Positions 41,001-53,842 of a stretch of DNA of 64,000 nt are shown here, piece by piece. How positions within the stretch are numbered: the first letter of the stretch is position 1; every line of letters begins with the position of its first letter. The DNA is from Eledone cirrhosa (lineage: Eukaryota). The stretch is taken from the NCBI GenBank assembly GCA_964016885.1, contig OZ024758.1, positions 31,496,001-31,560,000 on the forward strand, read 5' to 3'. The notes below the pieces were generated by a model that had not been told where the DNA came from, did no database searches, and worked only from the letters and a program-made list of their open reading frames with translations. The position numbers and the translations under genes were made by a program.

Positions 41001-44000
41001 TATGTCCTACAATCGACAATAGATGACACAGCTGGTAGAAGGTCTATGTCCTACAATAGACAATAGATGACACAGCTGGGGGAAGGTCTATGTCCTACAA
41101 TGGACAATAGATGACACAGCTGGGGGAAGGTCTATGTCCTACAATGGACAATAGATGACAGCTGGGAGAAGGTCTATGTCCTACAATAGACAATAGATGA
41201 CAGCTGGGGGAAGGTCTATGTCCTACAATAGACAATAGATGACAGCTGGGGGAAGGTCTATGTCCTGCAATGGACAATAGATGACACAGCTGGGAGAAGG
41301 TCTATGTCCTACAATAGACAATAGATGTCAGCTGGGGGAAGGTGTATGTCCTACAATAGACAATAGATGACAGCTGGGGCAAGGTCTATGTCCTACAATA
41401 GACAATAGATGTCAGCTGGGGGAAGGTCTATGTCCTACAATAGACAATAGATGTCAGCTGGGGCAAGGTCTATGTCCGACAATGGACAATAGATGTCAGC
41501 TGGGGCAAGGTCTATGTCCTACATTAGACAATAGATGTCAGCTGGGGGAAGGTCTATGTCCTACAATAGACAATAGATGTCAGCTGGGGCAAGGTCTATG
41601 TCCTACAATAGACAATAGATGTCAGCTGGGGGAAGGTCTATGTCCTACAATGGACAATAGATGTCAGCTGGGGGAAGGTCTATGTCCTACAATGGACAAT
41701 AGATGTCAGCTGGGGGAAGGTCTATGTCCTACAATAGACAATAGATGTCAGCTGGGGGAAGGTCTATGTCCTACAATAGACAATAGATGTCAGCTGGGGC
41801 AAGGTCTATGTCCTACAATGGACAATAGATGTCAGCTGGGGGAAGGTCTATGTCCTACAATAGACAATAGATGTCAGCTGGGGCAAGGTCTATGTCCTAC
41901 AATGGACAATAGATGACAGCTGGGGGAAGGTCTATGTCCTGCAATGGACAATAGATGACAGCTGGGGCAAGGTCTATGTCCTACAATGGACAATAGATGT
42001 CAGCTGGGGCAAGTTCTATGTCCTACAATGGACAATAGATGTCAGCTGGGGCAAGGTCTATGTCCTACAATAGATAATAGATGTCAGCTAGGGGAAGGTC
42101 TATGTCCTACAATGGACAATAGATGTCAGCTGCGGGAAGGTCTATGTCCTACAATGGACAATAGATGTCAGCTGGGGGAAGGTCTATGTCCTACAATGGA
42201 CAATAGATGTCACAGCTGGGGGAAGGTCTATGTCCTACAATGGACAATAGATGTCAGCTGGGGGAAGGTCTTTGACCTACAATGGACAATAGATGTCAGC
42301 TGGGGGAAGGTCTATTTCCTACAATGGACAATAGATGACACAGCTGGGGGAAGGTATATGTCCTACAATGGACAATAGATGTCAGCTGGGGGAAGGTCTA
42401 TGTCCTACAATGGACAATAGATGACACACCTGGGGCAAGGTCTATGTCCTACAATGGACAATAGATGTCAGCTGGGGGAAGGTCTATGTCCTACAATGGA
42501 CAATAGATGACAGCTGGGGCAAGGTCTATGTCCTACAATGGACAATAGATGTCAGCTGTGGGAAGGTCTATGTCCTACAATGGACAATAGATGTCAGCTG
42601 GGGCAAGGTCTATGTCCTACAATGGACAATAGATGTCAGCTGGGGGAAGGTCTATGTCCTACAATGGACAATAGATGTCAGCTGGGGGAAGGTCTATGTC
42701 CTACAATGGACAGTAGATGTCAGCTGGGCAAAGGTCTTTGTCCTACCATGGACAATAGATGACAGCTGGGGGAAGGTCTATGTCATACAATGGACAATAG
42801 ATGACAGTTGGGGGAAGGTCTATGTCCTACAATAGACAATAGATGTCAGCTGGGGTAAGGTCTATGTCCTACAATGGACAATAGATGACAGCTGGGGGAA
42901 GGTCTTTGTCATACAATGGACAATAGATGTCAGCTGGGGCAAGGTCTATGTCCTACAATGGACAATAGATGTCAGCTGGGGCAAGGTCTATGTCCTACAA
43001 TGGACAATAGATGTCAGCTGGGGCAAGGTCTATGTCCTACAATAGACAATAGATGACACAGCTGGGGGAAGATCTATATCCTACAATAGACAATAGATGT
43101 CAGCTGGGGGAAGGTCTATGTCCTACAATGGACAATAGATGACACAGCTGGGGGAAGGTCTATGTCCTACAATAGACAATAGATGTCAGCTGGGGGAAGG
43201 TCTATGTCCTACTATGGACAATAAATGACAGAGATGGGAGAAGGTCTATGTCCTACAATAGACAATAGATGACACAGCTGGGGGAAGGTCTATGTCCTAC
43301 AATGGACGATAGATGACACAGCTGGGGGAAGGTCTATGTCCTACAATGGACAATAGATGACAGCTGGGGGAAGGTCTATGTCCTACAATGGACAATAGAT
43401 GACACAGCTGGGGGAAGGTCTATGTCCTACAATGGACAATAGATGACAGCTGGGGGAAGGTCTATGTCCTACAATAGACAATAGATGGCAGCTAAGGGAA
43501 GGTCTATGTCCTACAATGGACAATAGATGTCAGCTGGGGGAAGGTCTTTGTCCTACAATGGACAATAGATGACAGCTGGGGAAAGGTCTATGTCCTACAA
43601 TAGACAATAGATGACAGCTGGGGAAGGTCTATGTCTTACAATAGACAATAGATGTCAGCTGGCGGAAGGTCTATGTCCTACAATAGACAATAGATGTCAG
43701 CTGGGGCAAGGTCTATGTCCTACAATAGACAATAGATGACAGCTGGGGGACGGTCTATGTCCTACAATGGACAATAGATGTCAGCTGGGGGAACGTCTAT
43801 GTCCTACAATAGACAATAGATGACAGCTGGGGAAAGGTCTATGTCCTACAATAGACAATAGATGACAGCTGGGGGAAGGTCTATGTCCTACAATAAACAA
43901 TAGATGTCAGCTGGGGGAAGGTCTATGTCCTACAATAGACAATAGATGACAGCTGGGGGAAGGTCTATGTCCTACAATAAACATTAGATGTCAGCTGGGG

Positions 44001-44819
44001 GAAGGTCTATGTCCTACAATGGACAATAGATGACACAGCTGGGGGAAGGTCTATGTCCTACAATGGACAATAGATGACACAGCTGGGGGAAGGTCTATGT
44101 CCTACAATGGACAATAGATGATAGCTGGGGGAAGGTCTATGTCCTACAATAGACAATAGATGACAGCTAAGGGAAGGTCTATGTCCTACAATGGACAATA
44201 GATGTCAGCTGGGGGAAGGTCTTTGTCCTACAATGGACAATAGATGACAGCTGGGGAAAGGTCTATGTCCTACAATAGACAATAAATGACAGCTGGGGAA
44301 GGTCTATGTCTTACAATAGACAATAGATGTCAGCTGGCGGAAGGTCTATGTCCTACAATAGACAATAAATGACAGCTGGGGAAGGTCTATGTCCTACAAT
44401 AGACAATAGATGACAGCTGGGGGACGGTCTATGTCCTACAATGGACAATAGATGTCAGCTGGGGGAACGTCTATGTCCTACAATAGACAATAGATGACAG
44501 CTGGGGAAAGGTCTATGTCCTACAATAGACAATAGATGACAGCTGGGGGAAGGTCTATGTCCTACAATAAACAATAGATGTCAGCTGGGGGAAGGTCTAT
44601 GTCCTACAATAGACAATAGATGACAGCTGGGGGAAGGTCTACGTCCTACAATAAACAATAGATGTCAGCTGGGGGAAGGTCTATGTCCTACAATGGACAA
44701 TAGATGACACAGCTGGGAGAAGGTCTATGTCCTACAATGGACAATAGATGACACAGCTGGGGGAAGGACTATGTCCTACAATGGACAATAGATGACAGCT
44801 GGGGGAAGGTCTATGTCCT

Positions 44820-45760
44820 ACAATGGACAATAGATGTCAGCTGGGGGAAGGTCTATGTCCTACAATGGACAATAGATGACAGCTGGGGGAAGGTCTATGT
44901 CCTACAATGGACAATAGATGACAGCTGGGGGAAGGTCTATGTCCTACAATGGACAATAGATGACAGCTGGGGGAAGGTCTATGTCCTACAATGGACAATA
45001 GATGACAGCTGGGGGAAGGTCTATGTCCTACAATGGACAATAGATAAAAGCTGGGGGAAGGTCTATGTCCTACAATGGACAATAGATGACAGCTGGGGGA
45101 AGGTCTATGTCCTACAATGGACAATAGATGACAGCTAGGGGAAGGTCTATGTCCTACAATGGACAGTAGATGACAGCTGGGGGAAGGTCTATGTCCTACA
45201 ATGGACAATAGATGACAGCTGGGGGAAGGTCTATGTCCTACAATGGACAATAGATGACAGCTGGGGGAAGGTCTATGTCCTACAATGGGCAATAGATGTC
45301 AGCTGGGGGAAGGTCTATGTCCTACAATGGACAATAGATGACAGCTGGGGGAAGGTCTATGTCCTACAATGAACAATAGATGACAGCTGGGGGAAGGTCT
45401 ATGTCCTACAATGGACAATAGATGACAGCTGGGGGAAGGTCTATGTCCTACAATGGACAATAGATGACAGCTGGGGGAAGGTCTATGTCCTACAATGGAC
45501 AATAGATGACAGCTGGGGGAAGGTCTATGTCCTACAATGGACAATAGATGACAGCTGGGGGAAGGTCTATGTCCTACAATGGACAATAGATGACAGCTGG
45601 GGGAAGGTCTATGTCCTACATTGGACAATAGATGACAGCTGGGGAAAGGTCTATGTCCTACAATGGACAATAGATGACAGCTGGGGCAAGGTCTATGTCC
45701 TACAATGGACAATAGATGACAGCTGGGGGAAGGTCTATGTCCTACAATAGACAATAGATG
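44820..45760 (+). repeat. Homogeneous run of GAC-junction, G-allele 42-mers (~22 units); related runs at ~53680-54560, ~57710-58080 and ~58390-58630
   Basis: Near-perfect repeats of GACAGCTGGGGGAAGGTCTATGTCCTACAATGGACAATAGAT, giving - strand ORFs 44837, 45299, 53682, 54186, 57713 and 58389. Confidence 0.9.
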
Positions 45761-46439
45761 ACACAGCTGGGGCAAGGTCTATGTCCTACAATGGACAATA
45801 GATGACAGCTGGGAGAAGGTCTATGTCCTACAATAGACAATAGATGTCAGCTGGGGGAAGGTCTATGTCCTACAATGTACAATAAATGACACAGCTGGGA
45901 GAAGGTCTATGTCCTACAATAGACAATAGATGACACAGCTGGGAGAAGGTCTATGTTCTACAATAGACAATAGATGACACAGCTGGGGGAAGGTCTATGT
46001 CCTACAATGGACAATAGATGACACAGCTGGGGGAAGGTCTATGTCCTACAATGGACAATAGCTGACACAGCTGGGGGAAGGTCTATGTCCTACAATAGAC
46101 AATAGATGACACAGCTGGGAGAAGGTCTATGTCCTACAATAGACAATAGATGACACAGCTGGGAGAAGGTCTATGTCCTACAATAGACAATAGATGACAG
46201 CTGGGGGAAGGTCTATGTCCTACAATAGACAATAGATGTCAGCTGGGGGAAGGTCTATGTCCTACAATAGACAATAGATGACAGCTGGGGAAAGGTCTAT
46301 GTCCTACAATAGACAATAGATGACACAGCTGGGAGAAGGTCTATGTCCTACAATAGACAATAGATGTCAGCTGGGGGGAGGTCTATGTCCTACAATAGAC
46401 AATAGATGTCAGCTGGGGGAAGGTCTATGTCCTACAATA

Positions 46440-47320
46440 GACAATAGATGACACAGCTGGGGGATGGTCTATGTCCTACAATGGACAATAGCTGACACAG
46501 CTGGAGCAAGGTCTATGTCCTGCAATAGACAATAGATGACACAGCTGGGGGAAGGTCTATGTCCTACAATGGACAATAGCTGACACAGCTGGGGGAAGGT
46601 CTATGTCCTACAATAGACAATAGATGACACAGCTGGGAGAAGGTCTATGTCCTACAATAGACAATAGATGACACAGCTGGGGGAAGGTCTATGTCCTACA
46701 ATGGACAATAGCTGACACAACTGGAGCAAGGTCTATGTCCTACAATAGACAATAGATGACACAGCTGGGGGAAGGTCTATGTCCTACAATGGACAATAGC
46801 TGACACAGCTGGGGGAAGGTCTATGTCCTACAATAGACAATAGATGACACAGCTGGGAGAAGGTCTATGTCCTACAATAGACAATAGATGACACAGCTGG
46901 GGGAAGGTCTATGTCCTACAATGGACAATAGCTGACACAGCTGGGGGAAGGTCTATGTCCTACAATAGACAATAGATGACACAGCTGGGGGAAGGTCTAT
47001 GTCCTACAATAGACAATAGCTGACACAGCTGGGGGAAGGTCTATGTCCTACAATAGACAATAGATGACACAGCTGGGGGAAGGTCTATGTCCTACAATGG
47101 ACAATAGCTGACACAGCTGGAGCAAGGTCTATGTCCTACAATGGACAATAGATGACACAGCTGGGAGAAGGTCTATGTCCTACAATGGACAATAGATGAC
47201 ACAGCTGGGGGAAGGTCTATGTCCTACAATGGACAATAGATGACACAGCTGGGGGAAGGTCTATGTCCTACAATGGACAATAGATGACACAGCTGGGGGA
47301 AGGTCTATGTCCTACAATGG
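46440..47320 (+). repeat. Run of ~20 consecutive 44-bp monomers enriched for the AATAGCTGACAC variant
   Basis: All junctions here are GACACA-type. TAGCTGAC occurs about every 2-3 units but is rare elsewhere. Confidence 0.8.
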
Positions 47321-48399
47321 ACAATAGATGTCAGCTGGGGGAAGGTCTATGTCCTACAATGGACAATAGATGACAGCTGGGGGAAGGTCTATGTCCTACA
47401 ATGGACAATAGATGACACAGCTGGGGGAAGGTCTATGTCCTACAATGGACAATAGATGACAGCTGGGGGAAGGTCTATGTCCTACAATAAACAATAGATG
47501 TCAGCTGGGAGAAGGTCTATGTCCTACAATGGACAATAGATGACAGCTGGGGGAAGGTCTATGTCCTACAATGGACAATAGATGACAGCTGGGGGAAGGT
47601 CTATGTCCTACAATGGACAATAGATGACAGCTGGGAGAAGGTCTATGTCCTACAATAAACAATAGATGTCAGCTGGGAGAAGGTCTATGTCCTACAATGG
47701 ACAATAGATGACAGCTGGGAGAAGGTCTATGTCCTACAATGGACAATAGATAACACAGCTGGGAGAAGGTCTATGTCCTACAATGGACAATAGATGACAC
47801 AGCTGGGAGAAGGTCTATGTCCTACAATGGACAATAGATGACAGCTGGGGCAAGGTCTATGTCCTACAATGGACAATAGATGACACAGCTGGGAGAAGGT
47901 CTATGTCCTACAATAGACAATAGATGACACAGCTGGGGGAAGGTCTATGTCCTACAATGGACAATAGATGACAGCTGGGGGAAGGTCTATGTCCTACAAT
48001 GGACAATAGATGACAGCTGGGGGAAGGTCTATGTCCTACAATGGACAATAGATGACACAGCTGGGAGAAGGTCTATGTCCTACAATAGAGAGTAGATGTC
48101 AGCTGGGGGAAGGTCTATGTCCTACAATAGACAATAGATGTCAGCTGGGGCAAGGTCTATGTCCTACAATGTACAATAAATGACACAGCTGGGAGAAGAT
48201 CTATGTCCTACAATAGACAATAGATGACACAGCTGGGGGAAGGTCTATGTCCTACAATGGACAATAGATGACAGCTGGGGGAAGGTTTATCTCCTACAAT
48301 GGACAATAGATGACAGCTGGGGCAAGGTCTATGTCCTACAATGGACAATAGATGACACAGCTGGGAGAAGGTGTATGTCCTACAATAGACAGTAGATGT

Positions 48400-51300
48400 C
48401 AGCTGGGGGAAGGTCTATGTCCTACAATGTACAATAAATGACACAGCTGGGAGAAGGTCTATGTCCTACAATAGACAATAGATGACACAGCTGGGGGAAG
48501 GTCTATGTCCTACAATGGACAATAGATGACAGCTGGGGGAAGGTCTATGTCCTACAATGGACAATAGATGACAGCTGGGGGAAGGTCTATGTCCTACAAT
48601 GGACAATAGATGACAGCTGGGGGAAGGTCTATGTCCTACAATGGACAATAAATGACTAAGCTGGGAGAAGGTCTATGTCCTACAATAGACAATAGATGAC
48701 ACAGCTGGGGGAAGGTCTATGTCCTACAATGGACAATAGATGACAGCTGGGGGAAGGTCTATGTCCTACAATGGACAATAGATGACAGCTGGGGGAAGGT
48801 CTATGTCCTACAATGGACAATAGATGACAGCTGGGGCAAGGTCTATGTCCTACAATGGACAATAGATGACACAGCTGGGAGAAGGTCTATGTCCTACAAT
48901 AGACAGTAGATGTCAGCTGGGGGAAGGTCTATGTCCTACAATAGACAATAGATGTCAGCTGGGGCAAGGTCTATGTCCTACAATGTACAATAAATGACAC
49001 AGCTGGGAGAAGGTCTATGTCCTACAATAGACAATAGATGACACAGCTGGGGGAAGGTCTATGTCCTACAGTGGACAATAGATGACAGCTGGGGGAAGGT
49101 CTATGTCCTACAATGGACAATAGATGACAGCTGGGGCAAGGTCTATGTCCTACAATGGACAATAGATGACACAGCTGGGGGAAGGTCTATGTCCTACAAT
49201 GGACAATAGATGACAGCTGGGGGAAGGTCTATGTCCTACAATGGACAATAGATGACAGCTGGGGGAAGGTCTATGTCCTACAATGGACAATAGATGACAA
49301 CGCTGGGGGAAGGTCTATGTCCTACAATGGACAATAGATGACACAGCTGGGGGAAGGTCTATGTCCTACAATGGACAATAGATGACAGCTGGGGGAAGGT
49401 CTATGTCCTACTATGGACAATAGATGTCAGCTGGGGGAAGGTCTATGTCCTACAATAGATAATAGATGACAGCTGGGGAAAGGTCTATGTCCTACAATAG
49501 ACAGTAGATGACAGCTGGGGTAAGGTCTATGTCCTACAATAGACAATAGATGTCAGCTGGGGGAAAGTCTATGTCCTACAATAGACAATAGATGTCAGCT
49601 GGGGCAAGGTCTATGTCCTACAATAGACAATAGATGACACAGCTGGGAGAAGGTCTATGTCCTACAATAGACAATAGATGACACAGCTGGGAGAAGGTCT
49701 ATGTCCTTCAATAGACAATAGATGTCAGCTGGGGGAAGGTCTATGTCCTACAATGGACAATAGCTGACACAGCTGGGAGAAGGTCTATATCCTACAATGG
49801 ACAATAGATGACACAGCTGGGGGAAGGTCTATGTCCTACAATGGACAATAGATGACACAGCTGGGAGAAGGTCTTTGTCCTACAATGGACAATAGATGAC
49901 AGCTGGGGGAAGGTCTATATCCTACAATGGACAATAGATGACACAGCTGGGAGAAGGTCTATGTCCTACAATAGACAATAGATGGCAGCTGGGGGAAGGT
50001 CTATGTCCTACAATGGACAATAGATGAAACAGCTGGGAGAAGGTCTTTGTCCTACAATGGACAATAGATGACAGCTGGGGGAAGGTCTATATCCTACAAT
50101 GGACAATAGATGACACAGCTGGGAGAAGGTCTATGTCCTACAATAGACAATAGATGGCAGCTGGGGGAAGGTCTATGTCCTACAATGGACAATAGATGAC
50201 AAAGCTGGGAGAAGGTCTATGTCCTACAATAGACAATAGATGTCAGCTGGAGCAAGGTCTATGTCCTACAATGGACAATAGATGACACAGCTGGGGGAAG
50301 GTCTATGTCCTACAATGGACAATAGATGACAGCTGGGGTAATGTCTATGTCCTACATTGGACAATAGATGACACAGCTGGGAGAAGGTCTATGTCCTACA
50401 ATGGACAATAGATGACAGCTGGGGGAAGGTCTATGTCCTACAATGGACAATAGATGTGAGCTGGGGGAAGGTCTATGTCCTACAATAGACAATAGATGAC
50501 AGCTGGGACAAGGTCTATGTCCTACAATAGACAATAGATGACAGCTGGTGGAAGGTCTATGTCCTACAATAGACAATAGATGTCAGCTGGGGGAAGGTCT
50601 ATGTCCTACAATAGACAATAGATGTCAGCTGGGGGAAGGTCTATGTCCAACAATAGACAATAGATGACACCTGGGGAAAGGTCTATGTCCTACAATAGAC
50701 AATAGATGACAGCTGGGGGAAGGTCTATGTCTTACAATAGACAATAGATGTCAGCTGGGGGAAGGTCTATGTCCTTCAATAGACAATAGATGTCAGCTGG
50801 GGGAAGGTCTATGTCCTACAATGTACAATAGATGACACAGCTGGGAGAAGGTCTATGTCCTACAATAGACAATAGATATCAGCTGGGGGAAGGTCTATGT
50901 CCTACAATAGACAATAGATGTCAGCTGGGGGAAGGTCTATGTCCTACAATGGACAATAGATGACACAGCTGGGAGAAGGTCTATGTCCAACAATAGACAA
51001 TAGATGACAGCTGGGGAAAGGTCTATGTCCTACAATAGAAAATAGATGACAGCTGGGGGAAGGTCTATGTCCTACAATAGACAATAGATGTCAGCTGGGG
51101 GAAGGTCTATGTCCTACAATAGACAATAGATGTCAGCTGGAGCAAGGTCTATGTCCTACAATAGACAATTGATGACACAGCTGGGAGAAGGTCTATGTCC
51201 TACAATAGACAATAGATGACACAGCTGGGAGAAGGTCTATGTCCTTCAATAGAAATAGATGTCAGCTGGGGGAAGGTCTATGTCCTACAATGGACAATAG

Positions 51301-53842
51301 ATGACAGCTGGGGGAAGGTCTATGTCTTACAATAGACAATAGATGTCAGCTGGGGGAAGGTCTATGTCCTACAATAGACAATAGATGTCAGGTGGGGCAA
51401 GGTCTATGTCCTACAATAGACAATAGATGACAGCTTGGGGAAGGTCTATGTCTTACAATAGACAATAGATGTCAGCTGGGGGAAGGTCTATGTCCTACAA
51501 TAGACAATAGATGTCAGCTGGGGCAAGGTCTATGTCCTACAATAGACAATAGTTGTCAGCTGGGGGAATGTCTATGTCCTACAATGGACAATAGATGACA
51601 GCTGGGGCAAGGTCTATGTCATACAATGGACGATAGATGACAGCTGGGGGAAGGTCTATGTCCTACAATAGACAATAGATGACACAGCTGGGAGAAGGTC
51701 TATGTGCTACAATAGACAATAGATGACACAGCTGGGGCAAGGTCTATGTCCTACAATGGACAATAGATGACAGCTGGGAGAAGGTCTATGTCCTACAATA
51801 GACAATAGATGTCAGCTGGGGGAAGGTCTATGTCCTACAATGTACAATAAATGACACAGCTGGGAGAAGGTCTATGTCCTACAATAGACAATAGATGACA
51901 CAGCTGGGAGAAGGTCTATGTCCTACAATAGACAATAGATGACACAGCTGGGGGAAGGTCTATGTCCTACAATGGACAATAGATGACAGCTGGCGGAAGG
52001 TCTATGTCCTACTATGGACAATAGATGTCAGCTGGGGGAAGGTCTATGTCCTACAATAGATAATAGATGACAGCTGGGGAAAGGTCTATGTCCTACAATA
52101 GACAATAGATGACAGCTGGGGTAAGGTCTATGTCCTACAATAGACAATAGATGGCAGCTGGGGGAAGGTCTATGTCCTACAATGGACAATAGATGACACA
52201 GCTGGGGGAAGGTCTATGTCCTACAATGGACAATAGATGACAGCTGGGGGAATGTCTATATCCTACAATGGACAATAAATGACACAGCTGGGAGAAGGTC
52301 TATGTCCTACAATGGACAATAGATGTGAGCTGGGGGAAGGTCTATGTCCTACAATAGAAAATAGATGACAGCTGGGACAAGGTCTATGTCCTACAATAGA
52401 CAATAGATGACAGCTGGGGGAAGGTCTATGTCCTACAATAGACAATAGATGTCAGCTGGGGGAAGGTCTATGTCCTACAATAGACAATAGATGTCAGCTG
52501 GGGGAAGGTCTATGTCCAACAATAGACAATAGATGACACCTGGGGAAAGGTCTATGTCCTACAATAGACAATAGATGACAGCTGGGGGAAGGTCTATGTC
52601 TTACAATAGACAATAGATGTCAGCTGGGGGAAGGTCTATGTCCTTCAATAGACAATAGATGTCAGCTGGGGGAAGGTCTATGTCCTACAATGTACAATAG
52701 ATGACACAGCTGGGAGAAGGTCTATTTCCTACAATAGACAATAGATATCAGCTGGGGGAAGGTCTATGTCCTACAATAGACAATAGATGTCAGCTGGGGG
52801 AAGGTCTATGTCCTACAATGGACAATAGATGACACAGCTGGGAGAAGGTCTATGTCCAACAATAGACAATAGATGACAGCTGGGGAAAGGTCTATGTCCT
52901 ACAATAGACAATAGATGACAGCTGGGGGAAGGTCTATGTCCTACAATAGACAATAGATGTCAGCTGGGGGAAGGTCTATGTCCTACAATAGACAATAGAT
53001 GTCAGCTGGAGCAAGGTCTATGTCCTACAATAGACAATAGATGACACAGTTGGGAGAAGGTCTATGTCCTACAATAGACAATAGATGACACAGCTGGGAG
53101 AAGGTCTATGTCCTTCAATAGACAATAGATGTCAGCTGGGGGAAGGTCTATGTCCTACAATGGACAATAAATGACAGCTGGGGGAAGGTCTATGTCTTAC
53201 AATAGACAATAGATGTCAGCTGGGGGAAGGTCTGTGTCCTACAATAGACAATAGATGTCAGCTGGGGCAAGGTCTATGTCCTACAATAGACAATAGATGA
53301 CAGCTGGGGGAAGGTCTATGTCTTACAATAGACAATAGATGTCAGCTGGGGGAAGGTCTATGTCCTACAATAGACAATAGGTGTCAGCTGGGGCAAGGTC
53401 TATGTCCTACAATAGACAATAGATGACACCTGGGGAAAGGTCTATGTCCTACAATAGACAATAGATGACAGCTGGGGGAAGGTCTATGTCCTACAATAAA
53501 CAATAGATGTCAGCTGGGAGAAGGTCTATGTCCTACAATGGACAATAGATGACACAGCTGGGGGAAGGTCTATGTCCTACAATGGACAATAGATGACACA
53601 GCTGGGGGAAGGACTATGTCCTACAATGGACAATAGATGACAGCTGGGGGAAGGTCTATGTCCTACAATGGACAATAGATGTCAGCTGGGGGAAGGTCTA
53701 TGTCCTACAATGGACAATAGATGACAGCTGGGGGAAGGTCTATGTCCTACAATGGACAATAGATGACAGCTGGGGGAAGGTCTATGTCCTACAATGGACA
53801 ATAGATGACAGCTGGGGGAAGGTCTATGTCCTACAATGGACA
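48400..53842 (+). repeat. 5.4-kb block, first copy (near-identical to 58600-64000)
   Basis: Printed lines 48421-52321 match 58621-62521 at offset 10200, confirmed by ORF pairs 48466/58666, 48680/58880 and 50352/60552. The offset becomes 10158 after one monomer is lost near 62575. Confidence 0.95.

Larger units (their letters stand above)
18000..44000 (+). repeat. Irregular higher-order repeat, period ~3.3-4.2 kb (~80-100 monomers), about 6-7 copies
   Basis: The marker cassette AGACGAC / CTGCAATG / CAAGTTC / CTAGGG / CTGCGG / GTCACAG recurs at ORF starts 18571, 21902, 25812, 29819, 34049, 38100 and 41986. The spacings are 3331, 3910, 4007, 4230, 4051 and 3886 bp. An earlier copy lies at 8335. 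Confidence 0.85.
1..44800 (+). repeat. Left variant domain of the array
   Basis: Recurrent diagnostic variants: GGAGAATAG, GACAGAGCTG, GGGAGTAGG, CTGCGGGA, CAAGTTCTATG, GTCCGAC, CTAAGGG, GACGGTC and GTCACAG. Long GTC-junction runs give + strand ORFs, the last ending at 42762. Confidence 0.8.

Noticed and set aside
44837-45775. - strand ORFs of (CHLLSIVGHRPSPS)n
   Set aside because: The mirror artefact of GAC-junction runs, ended by GTC junctions (TGA on the - strand) or by 44-bp frameshifts.
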